Shown here piece by piece: positions 34,310 through 44,903 of a DNA stretch of 64,000 nt. The stretch's first letter is position 1, and every line of letters starts with the position of its first letter. The stretch is from an uncultured cyanobacterium (GTDB taxonomy: Bacteria; Cyanobacteriota; Cyanobacteriia; PCC-6307; Cyanobiaceae). The stretch lies in the NCBI GenBank assembly GCA_963765575.1, contig CAVXWZ010000002.1, positions 352,001-416,000 of the forward strand, read 5' to 3'. A program made the translations under genes and the position numbers. Under the pieces are notes generated by a model. That model ran no database searches and was not told where the DNA came from. It saw nothing but the letters and a program-made list of their open reading frames with translations.

Positions 34310-35305
34310 GTAGATCAAACCCTCTTGATCAACTCCAACACTTGATTCACAATCTTGATGTCTCGCACATTCATGCAAGCAGCCAGCAATCAGTCAAAAT
34401 GCTGCAAACTAATGCCTCACCTCGTCCAATTAACTAACCCATCAAAACCATTGGTCATCTGCTAAAATTGTCTCAGCTTGACTTGCTCTCACCCCCCAGC
34501 TCTTGCTCTCGCAATCCTGAAAGTTGGAGCCTCCTTCCTCTGACAGAAGGGTTCTTAAGAGTGCACAACCCTTGGTAATACTTCGCCAACATCAACCGAT
34601 ACACGTCTTGAGCAGTCTGCTTTCGCACACTGCTCCTTCCGCCATCGCTCAGCCGCTCCGCTTCCCTCAAGTCATGACTTTCCCAGATCTCAGATCCGGT
34701 CGCGATCACAGACATCCGCTGCTCTCCAGTCGGTCTGATCTCCCCTGAGCTCGTCTCTGCCCGTTCACTTCCCGCAATCGGCAAGCCCACACACAGCAAC
34801 GCTCCCAAGGTCTCAGCTCTCGGCCCTCTCGGCCGCTTCTGTCTCGCTTGTTGCTTTTTGACGGGACCTCACACCTTCACAGCTTGCTTCTGTCACAGCC
34901 CCTTCCACCTCCACCAACCAACTTTCCCTTCCAGGGAAATCCAGCAGCTTCCGCTTCTAAAACCATGACGCCGTGAAAGCGTCAGTTCCTAAACTTCTTG
35001 GATTGTCCAGGTGCTGCTGCTTCCGCCCTCAACCCTCAAGGAAAATCCCTGGATTCAACACCCAGTGATCTCTCCCCTCAGGCCTTCCGGCTCTCGGCAG
35101 CCCGTTGCTCCCTCCTGCTCTCCCTCTCGGGTGCTCTCGGTCGCAACTCAGAAAACCTACAACACCGGTCGCTCTCGCTACCAATCGCTCCAGGTCCTGC
35201 GCTCAGCTCCTGCCTCGCCAAGCAACCTCAGCTCTGTTCAGCGGCGCTCTCGCGTCCCCTCACCAGCCTCGCTTGCTTCGCTCGCTCTCGCTTGCGCAGC
35301 TCCAT

Positions 35306-35335
35306 AACCTAACCCCCTCACGCAGCTCATGTCAA
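35306..35335 (-). promoter_or_regulatory. rRNA operon sigma70-type promoter (TTGACA-18 nt-TAGGTT)
   Basis: Perfect -35 at 35335-35330 and TAN3T at 35311-35306; a second TAGGTT at 35159-35154 may be P2. Confidence 0.7.
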
Positions 35336-36127
35336 CAGCGCCTCACCCCAGGGCATGAACCTCGCCAGCGTCTCCTCGCGATCCGCTGTCAGCACTGGAA
35401 AATCCGCACTCGCGCAATCCGCTCCTGAGGCAAGAGACTCAGGGGAGATCTCCAGCCAGCGCAGGGGACAGTCCAGTTCGGTGAGCACCAGCCAGGCAGC
35501 GGCGAGGTCCCAGATCTTCGGCGTGGCCTCCAGTGCCGCCACGGTCTGCCCCATGGCCACGCTCACGAGGTTGAGGCTGGCCACACCAAGCAAGCGGATC
35601 TTGCCGGGAAAACGCCGATCCGGCAGTTTCTGCAGCACGCCGATGGAGCGGCTGCAGAGGGAGGCACAGCCGGAGGTGGCTTGCTGCCGGGACGGGGGCA
35701 ACAGCGGCTTGCCATTGCGCCAGGCGCCCAGGCCCCGCGCCGCCACGATGCGCTGCCGCAGGGGCGGCACATCCAGCACGGCCAGCACCGGCTTGCCGCC
35801 CTCGAAACGGGCCATGGAAATGGCCCAGTAGGGAATGCCGGCAGCGAAGTTGGTGGTGCCATCGAGGGGATCCACCACCCAGTACGCAGGGGTGTCAGGC
35901 ACGTGGCGATCGCCCTCCTCGCTGAGGACGCCCTCACCGGGGAACAGGCCCGCAAGACCCTGCACCAAGGTGGCGTCACTCCAGCGGTCACAGGCCGTGA
36001 TCAGGCTGCCATCGGGCTTGACATCGGAGACCACATGGCCGAAGTCCTGGCGCTGGCGGTCGCCAACGCGATCCAGCAGCGACCCCAGACCTGGGTGCAA
36101 GAAAGGTGATGCCGGGGCCGCTGTCAT
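35327..36127 (-). CDS. Inositol monophosphatase family protein
   Basis: SEEG, WVVDPLDGTTNF, KIWDLAAA. Confidence 0.92.
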   Translation of the reverse strand: MTAAPASPFLHPGLGSLLDRVGDRQRQDFGHVVSDVKPDGSLITACDRWSDATLVQGLAGLFPGEGVLSEEGDRHVPDTPAYWVVDPLDGTTNFAAGIPYWAISMARFEGGKPVLAVLDVPPLRQRIVAARGLGAWRNGKPLLPPSRQQATSGCASLCSRSIGVLQKLPDRRFPGKIRLLGVASLNLVSVAMGQTVAALEATPKIWDLAAAWLVLTELDCPLRWLEISPESLASGADCASADFPVLTADREETLARFMPWGEALLT

Positions 36128-37572
36128 CCGATCTCCAGGGCAAGCACCCGACTGAGGCTGCGGCTCGTATCCTCCCGGAACTGGCGCAGATTGACGCGGT
36201 TCAGAAGCACCAGGGCCGCCGCAGCGACCAGCAGTTCGACAGTCAGCACCAGGGCATAGGCGGGGAACGGGTCGGTGCCACCGGTGAGCTGCAGCTGCAG
36301 GAAGCGGCCCAGATCCAGCAGCCCGCCACCGAAGACCTTGCCGAGGGCCCTGGAGAGGGCCTGGGCCAGCCCCCAGACGCCCACAAAGGTTCCTGCCGCT
36401 TCAGGCAGGGTGAGATCGAGCATCAGCACCAGGGCGCTGTTGGTGCCGACCCCTGCCGCCAGACCGAAAAGCACCATCACCACGCGCAACACACTCACCT
36501 CGCCCGTGACCCCCGAGAGCAGCAGCAGGGCGAGGCTGGCGATGATCAGTTGGCAGCCCAGGCGGGCGGTGGCGAACTTGCCAAGCCAGGGCACGATCCA
36601 GAGGCCGGCCACCAGCAGCCCCACCAGGGTGCCCACACCCCAGAGCGCATTCAGCGAGGCCGTGGCGGCGATGGACATGCCGAACACCTCAGCGCCGTAG
36701 CTCTCCAGCACAGGATCCTGCAGGAAGAGACCCAGGGTGAACAGCACCAGAAACAGGAAGAACACCAGCACCTGACGGCTGGAGGTGACAAGAGCCCAAC
36801 ACTGGCGCAGGGTGATGGCGTCATCGCGGGGCTCTGGCCCGGCAGCCCCAGGGCCCCCCGGGCGGGAGGCGGCGGTCGGCGCTGGCTGGCGTGGCCGTTC
36901 GATGCCGAGCGTGGCGATCACGGTGAGGAGCAGGATCACGCCCACCACCCGCACCATGAAGCTGAACAGGGCCGGCTCCAGCACCGCCGGATCGGTGACT
37001 CCATCCAGTTGCCCCAGGGCCAGGGTGATGGCGATGGCACCGGCAACGATGCCGACCGTGAGCAGACACCAGATGATGCCCACAGCCCGGGGCCGTTCCT
37101 GTTCGCTGGTGCGGTCAATCACCAGCGCCAGATAGGGCGTGGAGGCCATGGAGATGGCCAGGCCGTAGACGGCGAACAGACCACAGAGGGCAGCGATGGC
37201 CGCCAGCAGCGCCCCTCGCTCTCCACCATCCAGCAGGCTCCCCACCCGGAAGATCAGCGGCACCGAGAGCACGGCAAGGCCGCAGAAGACGATGGCGCCG
37301 AACCAGATGTAGGGAACCCGATGGTGACCTGCGAACGGGTGGCTGTCGGAGAGCTGACCGAACAGCACCCGGGCGGGGGCCACGAACTGCTCGCAGGCCA
37401 GGGCTGCCCCCACCAACAGGGCTGGGAAGCCCAGCTCGCTGATCATCACCCGATTCATCAGGCCGGCAAAGATCACCGCCAGACAGCCCAGACACCCCTG
37501 GAACAGCCCCAGCCTCAAGGTGCTGGGGAGGCCCAGCCGGTGGGCCGGGATGCCGGAGGACAGGACAGTCAT
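36124..37572 (-). CDS. BCD (PucC-like) family MFS transporter
   Basis: RLGLFQ, NRVMISEL, LQDPVLESYG, GTFVGVWGLAQA. Confidence 0.9.
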   Translation of the reverse strand: MTVLSSGIPAHRLGLPSTLRLGLFQGCLGCLAVIFAGLMNRVMISELGFPALLVGAALACEQFVAPARVLFGQLSDSHPFAGHHRVPYIWFGAIVFCGLAVLSVPLIFRVGSLLDGGERGALLAAIAALCGLFAVYGLAISMASTPYLALVIDRTSEQERPRAVGIIWCLLTVGIVAGAIAITLALGQLDGVTDPAVLEPALFSFMVRVVGVILLLTVIATLGIERPRQPAPTAASRPGGPGAAGPEPRDDAITLRQCWALVTSSRQVLVFFLFLVLFTLGLFLQDPVLESYGAEVFGMSIAATASLNALWGVGTLVGLLVAGLWIVPWLGKFATARLGCQLIIASLALLLLSGVTGEVSVLRVVMVLFGLAAGVGTNSALVLMLDLTLPEAAGTFVGVWGLAQALSRALGKVFGGGLLDLGRFLQLQLTGGTDPFPAYALVLTVELLVAAAALVLLNRVNLRQFREDTSRSLSRVLALEIG

Positions 37573-37584
37573 CGGCTCCGGGGA

Positions 37585-39306
37585 TCAGAGCAGGCCAGGG
37601 TTGGCAGCCTGACAGGCGGGCAACAGCGGGGCAGGTTCGACGGGGACGTTGGTATCGAGTGGAGGCTTCTCGGCCGGCAGGCTGCGCTCCGGGCAGCTGA
37701 CGATCACGTCCAGACCGGTGCGGCGGCGCAGCTCCGCCAGACGGATGTTGTAGTCGGTGACGGCGGTGGAGTAGCGCACTTCCGCCTGGGTGAGGTCACG
37801 CTGCTGGTCCACCACCTCCCGTTGGGTGGTGACTCCGGCCTGCAGCCGCAGGCGGGCGAGGCGCAGGGATTCGCGCGACTGGGTGACTTCGCGGGCCGTG
37901 GTGGCGATGTTGCGGTTGTTCTTCTCCAGCTCGTAGAAGCTCTCCTCCACCTGCTGGCGAATCGAATCGCGTCGCTCGGCAAAGCGAAAGCTGCTCTCCT
38001 GGGCACGCTGGCGGTTGCGCCGGGCCTCGGCGGCGGCGGCGCCGCCATCGAACAGGCGCCAGTTGAAATTCAGCCCCACGGTGGCGTCGAGGTTCCTGTT
38101 GGCGTCCACCCGGGTGTCCGTGGCTCCCGAGACATTGGCCCAGGCTGTGTCGAAACTGGCAAACACGTTCAGGAAGGGCTGGGCCTGGCCCAGGGCAGCG
38201 TTGGCCTGGCTGTTGGCGATCGAGATGTCGAGCAGGGTCTGGTCGAGTTCTTCGCGGAAGGCGAAAGCGGCCACGATGCTCTCCTGCAGGGACGGCTGCC
38301 ACATCCCCAGCACCCGCGGCGGGTCGGCAGCGGTGGGAGTGACATCCTGGGGCAGGTCCAGCAGCTCGGCCAGGACCCGGCGATTGATCGCCTGGGAAGC
38401 CAGCGCATTGGTGAGCAGCTGCTGGTCGCGCGCCAGCTGGGTTTCAGCTTCGAGCACATCCAGGCGGGTGGCCACCCCGGCCTGAAAACGCGCCCGGGTG
38501 TCGCGCAGGCTCACCAACGAGGCCCGAACGGATTCCTGGCCAATGCGCACCTGGTCGTCGGCCTGCTGGAGTCTGAAGTAGGCCTGATTGGCCTGGAGAC
38601 GGAGGTCCCGCAGGGCAATGATGTACTGGAACTTGGCGCTCTCAAACTGGTCGCGCGCGGCGGCGATGGAGGGCGTGCGGGTGGGGTCGATCAACGCCCA
38701 CTGGGCCAGCAGCGAGGCGGCCGCTCGCCAGCGCTGCTCGGTGTCGGTGGTGCTGGAGCCGTCGAAGAACTCCGTGCGGGTCTCCGAGGCGGTGAAGGCG
38801 GGCAGTGAGCCGGCGTTGAGATCAATGGTGGGGTACCAGCTGGCGATCTGGGCCCGGAGGCCGCTCTGGGCCTGATCCACCTGGGAGGCGATCGCCTTGA
38901 GGCTGGGATTGTTGACCTCAACCAGGGTTTCCACCTGGTTGCGCGTGAGCGGGCGCAGCTCGCGGATCTGCACCTGCCCAGGGCGCGTCGGCAGGGCGAG
39001 GGAATCGGGAGCGGGAAGATCGTTGAGTTCCCCACCCAGCTCCGTCGCTGCCGGTGCCACGAGCCGCGGGTTGGGCCGCGGTCGCTCGCCCTTGGCATCA
39101 ATCGCATTCGGCAGGGGGGACGGCCTGTAGTCAAACGGCCCTCCCGGATCGGGATCAGCCGCAGCAGCTGATTCCACGTCCTGGGAAACGGCGGATCGGG
39201 CCGCGGGAGTGGCCTCTTCGGCTGCGGCGACACCACCGCTCAGGGGCAGACCGAGCGCACCCAGAAGAACCAGTCGAAGAGCGGGATGCGTCACGCCGGG
39301 GTGCAC
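37585..39306 (-). CDS. TolC family outer membrane efflux protein
   Basis: Signal peptide and two OEP repeats (RFQAGVATRLDVLEAE; RLQAGVTTQREV). Confidence 0.9.
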   Translation of the reverse strand: MHPGVTHPALRLVLLGALGLPLSGGVAAAEEATPAARSAVSQDVESAAAADPDPGGPFDYRPSPLPNAIDAKGERPRPNPRLVAPAATELGGELNDLPAPDSLALPTRPGQVQIRELRPLTRNQVETLVEVNNPSLKAIASQVDQAQSGLRAQIASWYPTIDLNAGSLPAFTASETRTEFFDGSSTTDTEQRWRAAASLLAQWALIDPTRTPSIAAARDQFESAKFQYIIALRDLRLQANQAYFRLQQADDQVRIGQESVRASLVSLRDTRARFQAGVATRLDVLEAETQLARDQQLLTNALASQAINRRVLAELLDLPQDVTPTAADPPRVLGMWQPSLQESIVAAFAFREELDQTLLDISIANSQANAALGQAQPFLNVFASFDTAWANVSGATDTRVDANRNLDATVGLNFNWRLFDGGAAAAEARRNRQRAQESSFRFAERRDSIRQQVEESFYELEKNNRNIATTAREVTQSRESLRLARLRLQAGVTTQREVVDQQRDLTQAEVRYSTAVTDYNIRLAELRRRTGLDVIVSCPERSLPAEKPPLDTNVPVEPAPLLPACQAANPGLL

Positions 39307-39320
39307 GGTACGTCGGGAGT

Positions 39321-40724
39321 TTAAGAATCCTGGCCTCTTGCCCCGGTGCAGGCGGCCACTAGGTCAGCTGCGCCCTGCACCAGATCCACCGGCACCGGCA
39401 GCCTGGCTTCCAGGTCCTCGAGCCGCAGGTCATCGAGAAACACCGCTTCACCCTGCCGCAGCATCACCGACGGCAACAGCAGGCGTTCGCCCAGATCGCG
39501 CTCCCTGAGGCCGCTGAGCAGGTCGGAGCCGGTGAGCAATCCCGTCACCACCTGCTCCTGCCCCCAGTAGGGACTGGGCAGGCCATGGAGCAGCAACTCC
39601 AGGCCCTGCACCCGGTTGAGGCGATCCACCACGGGCTTGAGGGCCTCCGCCACCAGGGCCCCCACCACCCAGCTGAGTCGGCGCGGCCGCTGCAGCCCGG
39701 CGGGCAGGGAGCGGGTGGCCTGGTCAAGGTCCTCCAGGAAGGCGCGGATGCTGCCGACGCCATTTTCCTGTTGCGGCAAGTCCTCGTACTGGTGCCGGGG
39801 GGGGAGCGGCAGACCCGCCAGCAGGTACCACTCATCAGACAGCCAGGCGAAGCGACTGCCAAGGCGCTGGTGGAACTGATCCTGAAGCGGCTCCACCTGG
39901 GCGATCACCCGACGCGCGCAGGCCTGGTCCACCGGCACCAGGGAATCGGCGCTGGGCCGGAAGCGCGTCAGGCCCACCGGCACAACGGCGGCCGAGAGCA
40001 CCGCCGGCCATGCGCCCCGCGCGAACGTCGCCAGGTCGGTGAGGGTGCGCTCCAGGGCCGGACCATCGTTGAGGCCGGGGCACACCACCACCTGGGCGTG
40101 GATCTGCAGATCGCGCTCGGCAAACCAGGCGAGCTGGTCGAGCAGCCGCCCCGCCCGCGGATTCACCAGCAGCCGGCTGCGCAGCTCGGGGTCGGTGGCA
40201 TGCACCGACACATACAGGGGGGAGAGGCGCTGCTGCTCGATCCGCTGCCAGTCAGCCTCACTGAGGTTGGTGAGGGTGAGGTAGGAGCCGTAGAGAAAGC
40301 TGAGGCGGTAGTCGTCGTCCTTGAGGTAGAGGCTGCGGCGACGGCCGGGCGGCTGCTGGTCGATGAAGCAGAAGGGACAGGCGTTGTTGCACTGGCGCAG
40401 ACCATCAAAGAGGGCCTCGGTGAAGTCAAGCCCGAGGCTCTGATCGGGATCCTTCTCCAGCTCGATGGTGTGGCGGCTGCCGTCGGGGTCCTCCACCTCC
40501 AGCACCAACTCCTCATCGCCCACCAGCAGCTGCAGATCGATCAGGTCGCGGGGGCGCTGGCCATTGACGGCGAGCAAGCGGTCGCCGGGCTGAAAGCCAA
40601 GCTCGGCGCCAATCGAGCCAGGCTCCACACGGGCCACGACGGCGGGCTGGGGCAGTCGGGCGGAGACCTGGCCGGCCTGGGCCTCGGCGGCCACCGCAAT
40701 GCCGCTGGAGGGTTCGTTCCACAT
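39321..40724 (-). CDS. PDZ / radical-SAM-like DUF512 protein (TIGR03279 type)
   Basis: N-terminal PDZ, CNNACPFCFIDQQP, KDDDYRLSFLYGSYLTLTN, QENGVG. Confidence 0.9.
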   Translation of the reverse strand: MWNEPSSGIAVAAEAQAGQVSARLPQPAVVARVEPGSIGAELGFQPGDRLLAVNGQRPRDLIDLQLLVGDEELVLEVEDPDGSRHTIELEKDPDQSLGLDFTEALFDGLRQCNNACPFCFIDQQPPGRRRSLYLKDDDYRLSFLYGSYLTLTNLSEADWQRIEQQRLSPLYVSVHATDPELRSRLLVNPRAGRLLDQLAWFAERDLQIHAQVVVCPGLNDGPALERTLTDLATFARGAWPAVLSAAVVPVGLTRFRPSADSLVPVDQACARRVIAQVEPLQDQFHQRLGSRFAWLSDEWYLLAGLPLPPRHQYEDLPQQENGVGSIRAFLEDLDQATRSLPAGLQRPRRLSWVVGALVAEALKPVVDRLNRVQGLELLLHGLPSPYWGQEQVVTGLLTGSDLLSGLRERDLGERLLLPSVMLRQGEAVFLDDLRLEDLEARLPVPVDLVQGAADLVAACTGARGQDS

Positions 40725-40752
40725 GGCTGGGGAGCGGGCCGGGGGGCAGGCA

Positions 40753-41722
40753 CTACAGACCCACTGTGCCGCGCACCCAGAGCAGGATGACGACCCCGAA
40801 AGCCAGGCGGTAGGCCACGAACACCCAGGTGCTGTGGTGCTGCAGGAAGCGCAGCAGCCAGGCGATCGACAGCCACGAGACCACGGCGGAGACCACGATC
40901 CCCAGCAGCATGGGCAGGGCGCCGATCGCGGCCATGTCGCCGCCGCTGGGGCCTGGGCTGGCTGGGCCAGAGAAGACTGACTTCAGCTCCACCACCCCGG
41001 CGAGGGTGATGGCGGGGATTCCCATCAGAAACGAGAAGCGGGCCGCCGACGGGCGCTCCCAGCCGTCGAACAGGGAGGCGGTGAGGGTGCTGCCGGCGCG
41101 GGACACCCCGGGAATCACCGCCAGGGCTTGAGCCAGGCCCACGATCCAGCCGTCGCGGACGCGCACGTCCTCGAGTCGGCGCCGGCGGCGGCCCACCAGC
41201 TCAGCGAATCCGAGCAACAGGGCCATCACGATCGAGACGATCGCCACGGCGGGCAGGCTGCGCAGCGGGGAGTTGTCGTAATCGGGAACCCAGAGCTTGA
41301 TCGCCATCCCCACCAGCACGATCGGCATGGTGCCGGCGGCGATGGCGATCCCCATGCGGGCATCGGCGGAGCCCCAGCGCCCCTCACGCAGGGCCCGGCT
41401 GACGCCCCTGAGCACCTGGGCCAGGTCGCGCCAGAAGTAGGCCACGATCGCGGCGATGCTGCCCAGCTGGATCACGGCGATCACCGACACCCCCGGATCC
41501 CCCCAACCCAGCAGCATCGGCACCACCTGCACGTGGGCAGTGCTGCTGATCGGCAGGAATTCCGTCAGGCCCTGCACCGCCCCCAGCACCAGCGCCCGCA
41601 GACAGGCCTGGGCGAGGCCGAGCTGGGCCGCAGCCTCAAGCTCACCGCCGCTGAGCCCGGTGTCGCTGGCGGCCGCAGCCAGCGGCGCGACGAAGACCCA
41701 GAGGGGGGGCAGCCAGTCCATG
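40753..41722 (-). CDS. uppP: Undecaprenyl-diphosphate phosphatase
   Basis: QGLTEFLPISSTAH, IQLGS, PGVSRAGST, ARFSFLMGIP; start position uncertain. Confidence 0.93.
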
Positions 41723-41803
41723 GAGAACCGCAAGGGATGTGGACCCTATGGCGGAGCCGCACCGGGCACACATTAAGGTTGGACAACTTTCTTCACAGAC
41801 CGG

Positions 41804-42526
41804 GTGATCGCTGCCACTCCCAGCACAGCGAGCGGGACGCTGCCTCGGTCCAGCGGCCTGGCCAGACCAGCTGGAGAGCTGGGCGCGCTACCGCTGCTCA
41901 GCGCCCTGCTGGTGACCCTGCCGGTCTTCATCCAGGCCCCCTGGGTGCGACAGGCCCCCGTCAGTGCGGCGGCCTTCACGGCCGTGCTGCTGGCGGCCGC
42001 GCTGCTGCTCGCCCACAGCGAAGGCCCGCGGCAGCGGCAGCTGGGGGAGCTGCTGGTGGGGTTCTGCGGCAGCTGGCTGGCGGGATCGCTGTTCTGGGGA
42101 TGGGCGCGACTGCATCCGGTGTGCCACCTGCCCTTGGAGGCCTTCGCCCTGCCCCTGGCGCTGGCCGGTCTTGGCAGTCGCTGGCGCCTGGCCTGTGGCT
42201 TCTACCTGGGCTCCCTGCTGGGCACCGCCGCCACCGACGCCGCCATCGGCCTCACGGGCCTGATGCCGCTCTGGCCCCAGGCCCTCGCCGCATCCCCCGA
42301 GCAGGCCGGCGAGCTGCTGGTGCTGGGCGCGGCAGCAGTGCTGCGGCCCGGCTCACTGCTGGTGGTGAGCGTGCTGGGGGCCACCCTGCTCCAACTCAGC
42401 CGCTGGTGCTGGCGCCGGGGCCCCGCCGGGCGGGTGGCCGGTGCGGCACTGGCCACCACCCTGGCCGTGGATGGTCTGTTCGTGGCGCTGTCGCTGGTCG
42501 CCCCCCGGCTCAGCGGTCTGGTCTGA
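41804..42526 (+). CDS. DUF3120 family membrane protein
   Basis: LPVFIQAPWVR, HLPLEAFALP, FYLGSLLGTAATD. Confidence 0.83.
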   Translation: MIAATPSTASGTLPRSSGLARPAGELGALPLLSALLVTLPVFIQAPWVRQAPVSAAAFTAVLLAAALLLAHSEGPRQRQLGELLVGFCGSWLAGSLFWGWARLHPVCHLPLEAFALPLALAGLGSRWRLACGFYLGSLLGTAATDAAIGLTGLMPLWPQALAASPEQAGELLVLGAAAVLRPGSLLVVSVLGATLLQLSRWCWRRGPAGRVAGAALATTLAVDGLFVALSLVAPRLSGLV

Positions 42527-42678
42527 GCTGGCACACCTGAGCCTGGGCGCCTGAGCCGCCGCGTCTGAAGAAACACAAAGCGGCAGGCCTGGTTAAGCGG
42601 GCCTGATCCACCGGTTCGGTAACGTTGATCAAGGGTGGTCCATCCGCCCATCTCCCTTACCAATCAAGGACTGTCGCG

Positions 42679-43056
42679 ATGAAAAGGCTGGTTGCCTGGC
42701 TGATGAGTGGGGTGCTTCTGGTGGGTCTGCTGGTCGGCCTGACCCTGGCACCGTCCGCCCATGCAGCCGAGCTGCGCAACCGGGCCGATGACAAGATCGC
42801 CGAGCGCGGCAACAAGGTGGACCTGAACAACAGTTCGGTGCGCCGCTTCCAGGACTTCCCGGGGATGTACCCCACCCTGGCCGGCAAGATCGTGCTCGGC
42901 GGCCCCTACGAAAGCGTAGACGACGTGCTTGATCTGGATCTGACCGAGCGTCAGCGTGAATTGTTCAACAAGTACAAGGCCAACTTCACGGTGACGCCTG
43001 CTGAAATCGCCCTCAATGAGGGATTTGATCGCATCAACGACGGCCAGTACCGCTGA
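42679..43056 (+). CDS. psbU: Photosystem II extrinsic protein PsbU
   Basis: Signal peptide, KVDLNNSSVRRF, PGMYPTLAGKIV, GFDRINDGQYR. Confidence 0.96.
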   Translation: MKRLVAWLMSGVLLVGLLVGLTLAPSAHAAELRNRADDKIAERGNKVDLNNSSVRRFQDFPGMYPTLAGKIVLGGPYESVDDVLDLDLTERQRELFNKYKANFTVTPAEIALNEGFDRINDGQYR

Positions 43057-43113
43057 GGCGGGGCGCCGGGGTTGTCCTGAAGCCCCGCTCCTTACACTCA
43101 GCCCACCGTTGAC

Positions 43114-43141
43114 AGCCGTCGGGCAGGCCGGCGGCTTTTTT
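43114..43141 (+). terminator. Rho-independent terminator after psbU
   Basis: AGCCGTCGG-gcagg-CCGGCGGCT followed by a T run. Confidence 0.75.
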
Positions 43142-43175
43142 GCTGCCGGCTGCTGCCGGGATGCCTCCTGCAGCC

Positions 43176-44903
43176 ATGGCGGATCAACTCCCCGAGCAAC
43201 ACCGACCCGGATATCCGGGCGATGTTCTTGATCAAGCCTGGGATGTGGTGGTGGTGGGGGGTGGCGCTGCCGGGCTGATGGCCTGCCTGGAGCTGCCCGC
43301 CGGACTGAGCGTGCTGCTGCTGAGCAAGGAGCGCAAGCCGCGCTCGGCCAGCCGCTGGGCCCAGGGGGGCATCGCCGCCGTGACGGCCCCGGGCGACAGC
43401 TTCGCCAGCCACCGCAGCGACACGCTGCGGGCCGGGGCCGGCCTCTGCGATGCCGATGCCGTGGACCTGCTGGTGCAGCAGGCCCCGAGCTGTGTGCAAC
43501 GGCTGCTGGAGCTGGGCATGGCCTTTGACCGCGAGGGCGCCGCGCTGAGCACCACCCTGGAGGCGGCCCACAGCCATCGCCGCGTGCTGCACGCCCAGGA
43601 CCGCACCGGTGGTGCCCTGGTGGACGCCCTGGAGCAGCAGGTGCGACAACGGCCGGGGCTGCGCCAGCTCCACGACACCGTGGTGCTGCGGATCTGGATC
43701 GAGGCGCAGCGCTGCCGGGGCCTGCAGCTGCTGAGTTCCGGCTGGATCGGCTGGCTGCGCAGCAGGGCCGTGGTGCTGGCCACCGGCGGCGGTGGTCACC
43801 TCTTCGCTCACACCACCAATCCCGCCCTGTCCAGCGGCGATGGGGTGGCCATGGCCTGGCAGGCCGGCGCGGCGGTGCGCGACCTGGAGTTCGTGCAGTT
43901 CCATCCCACGGCGCTGATGCTCCCGGGAGCCCCCCACTTCCTGATTTCCGAGGCCGTCCGCGGCGAGGGGGCCCGCCTGCTCGACCACCAGGGAGGGAGC
44001 CCGGTGGGCCAGCTGGAGGGCGGGGACCTGGCCCCCCGCGACCAGGTGAGCCGGGCCCTGGCGCGCACGATGCAGGACCAGGGGGTGGACCACCTCTGGC
44101 TGGACCTGCGGCCCGTGGGAGAAGCGCGACTGGAGCGCCAGTTCCCCACGATCCTGGGGCGCTGCCGGGCCCTGGGCCTGGAGCCCCTGGGCCAGCCCCT
44201 GCCCGTGGCGCCCGCGGCCCACTACTGGATGGGCGGTGTGGCGACGGATCTGCAGGCCGCCACCAGCGTTGCCGGTCTCTATGCCGTGGGCGAGGTGGCC
44301 TGCACGGGGGTGCACGGGGCGAACCGCCTGGCCAGCAACTCACTGATGGAGTGCCTGGTGTTTGCGCGCCAGCTACGCCACATCCGGCTGGAGTCGCCAG
44401 GCCACGGCACTCCGCCACCCTTGAGGGAGGCCCGGGGCCGGCCCCTGCTGGGCGCCCTGCCCGATCTCGGGCGCCTTGAGCGGGGGATCGCCGACCTGCG
44501 TGATCTCTGCTGGCGCGTGGCCGGGGTGGAACGCTGCGGCCGGGAGCTGGGCCAGGCCCTGCCCCTGATCCGCCGGGAGCGGCAGAACGTGGAGGCCGAG
44601 CCGGCCTGGGGCTGCCTGCAGGCCCTGCCCAGGCACGCCTGGCTGCAGCTGGTTGATGACCAGGGCCGGCGGCTGGCCGCCCTGCAGGAATGGCACCAGC
44701 GGCTCACCCTGGCGGACCTGCTGATCGAAGCGGCCCTGTTCCGCCAGGAGAGCCGTGGTGGCCATTACCGCACCGATGCCCCCTGCCCCCTGCCCTACTG
44801 GCGTCGGCACTCGCTGCAGCGCCACGGCGCCCCGATCGGCACCGCTGCCACCCGGGGTGACGGGGACCGGGGCGCTGGGCTCAGGGGCCCTGGAAACCGC
44901 TGA
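43176..44903 (+). CDS. nadB: L-aspartate oxidase
   Basis: GGGAAG, WAQGGIAA, EAAHSHRRVLH, FVQFHPT, SEAVRGEG, HGANRLASNSL, ESRGGHYR. Confidence 0.95.
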   Translation: MADQLPEQHRPGYPGDVLDQAWDVVVVGGGAAGLMACLELPAGLSVLLLSKERKPRSASRWAQGGIAAVTAPGDSFASHRSDTLRAGAGLCDADAVDLLVQQAPSCVQRLLELGMAFDREGAALSTTLEAAHSHRRVLHAQDRTGGALVDALEQQVRQRPGLRQLHDTVVLRIWIEAQRCRGLQLLSSGWIGWLRSRAVVLATGGGGHLFAHTTNPALSSGDGVAMAWQAGAAVRDLEFVQFHPTALMLPGAPHFLISEAVRGEGARLLDHQGGSPVGQLEGGDLAPRDQVSRALARTMQDQGVDHLWLDLRPVGEARLERQFPTILGRCRALGLEPLGQPLPVAPAAHYWMGGVATDLQAATSVAGLYAVGEVACTGVHGANRLASNSLMECLVFARQLRHIRLESPGHGTPPPLREARGRPLLGALPDLGRLERGIADLRDLCWRVAGVERCGRELGQALPLIRRERQNVEAEPAWGCLQALPRHAWLQLVDDQGRRLAALQEWHQRLTLADLLIEAALFRQESRGGHYRTDAPCPLPYWRRHSLQRHGAPIGTAATRGDGDRGAGLRGPGNR

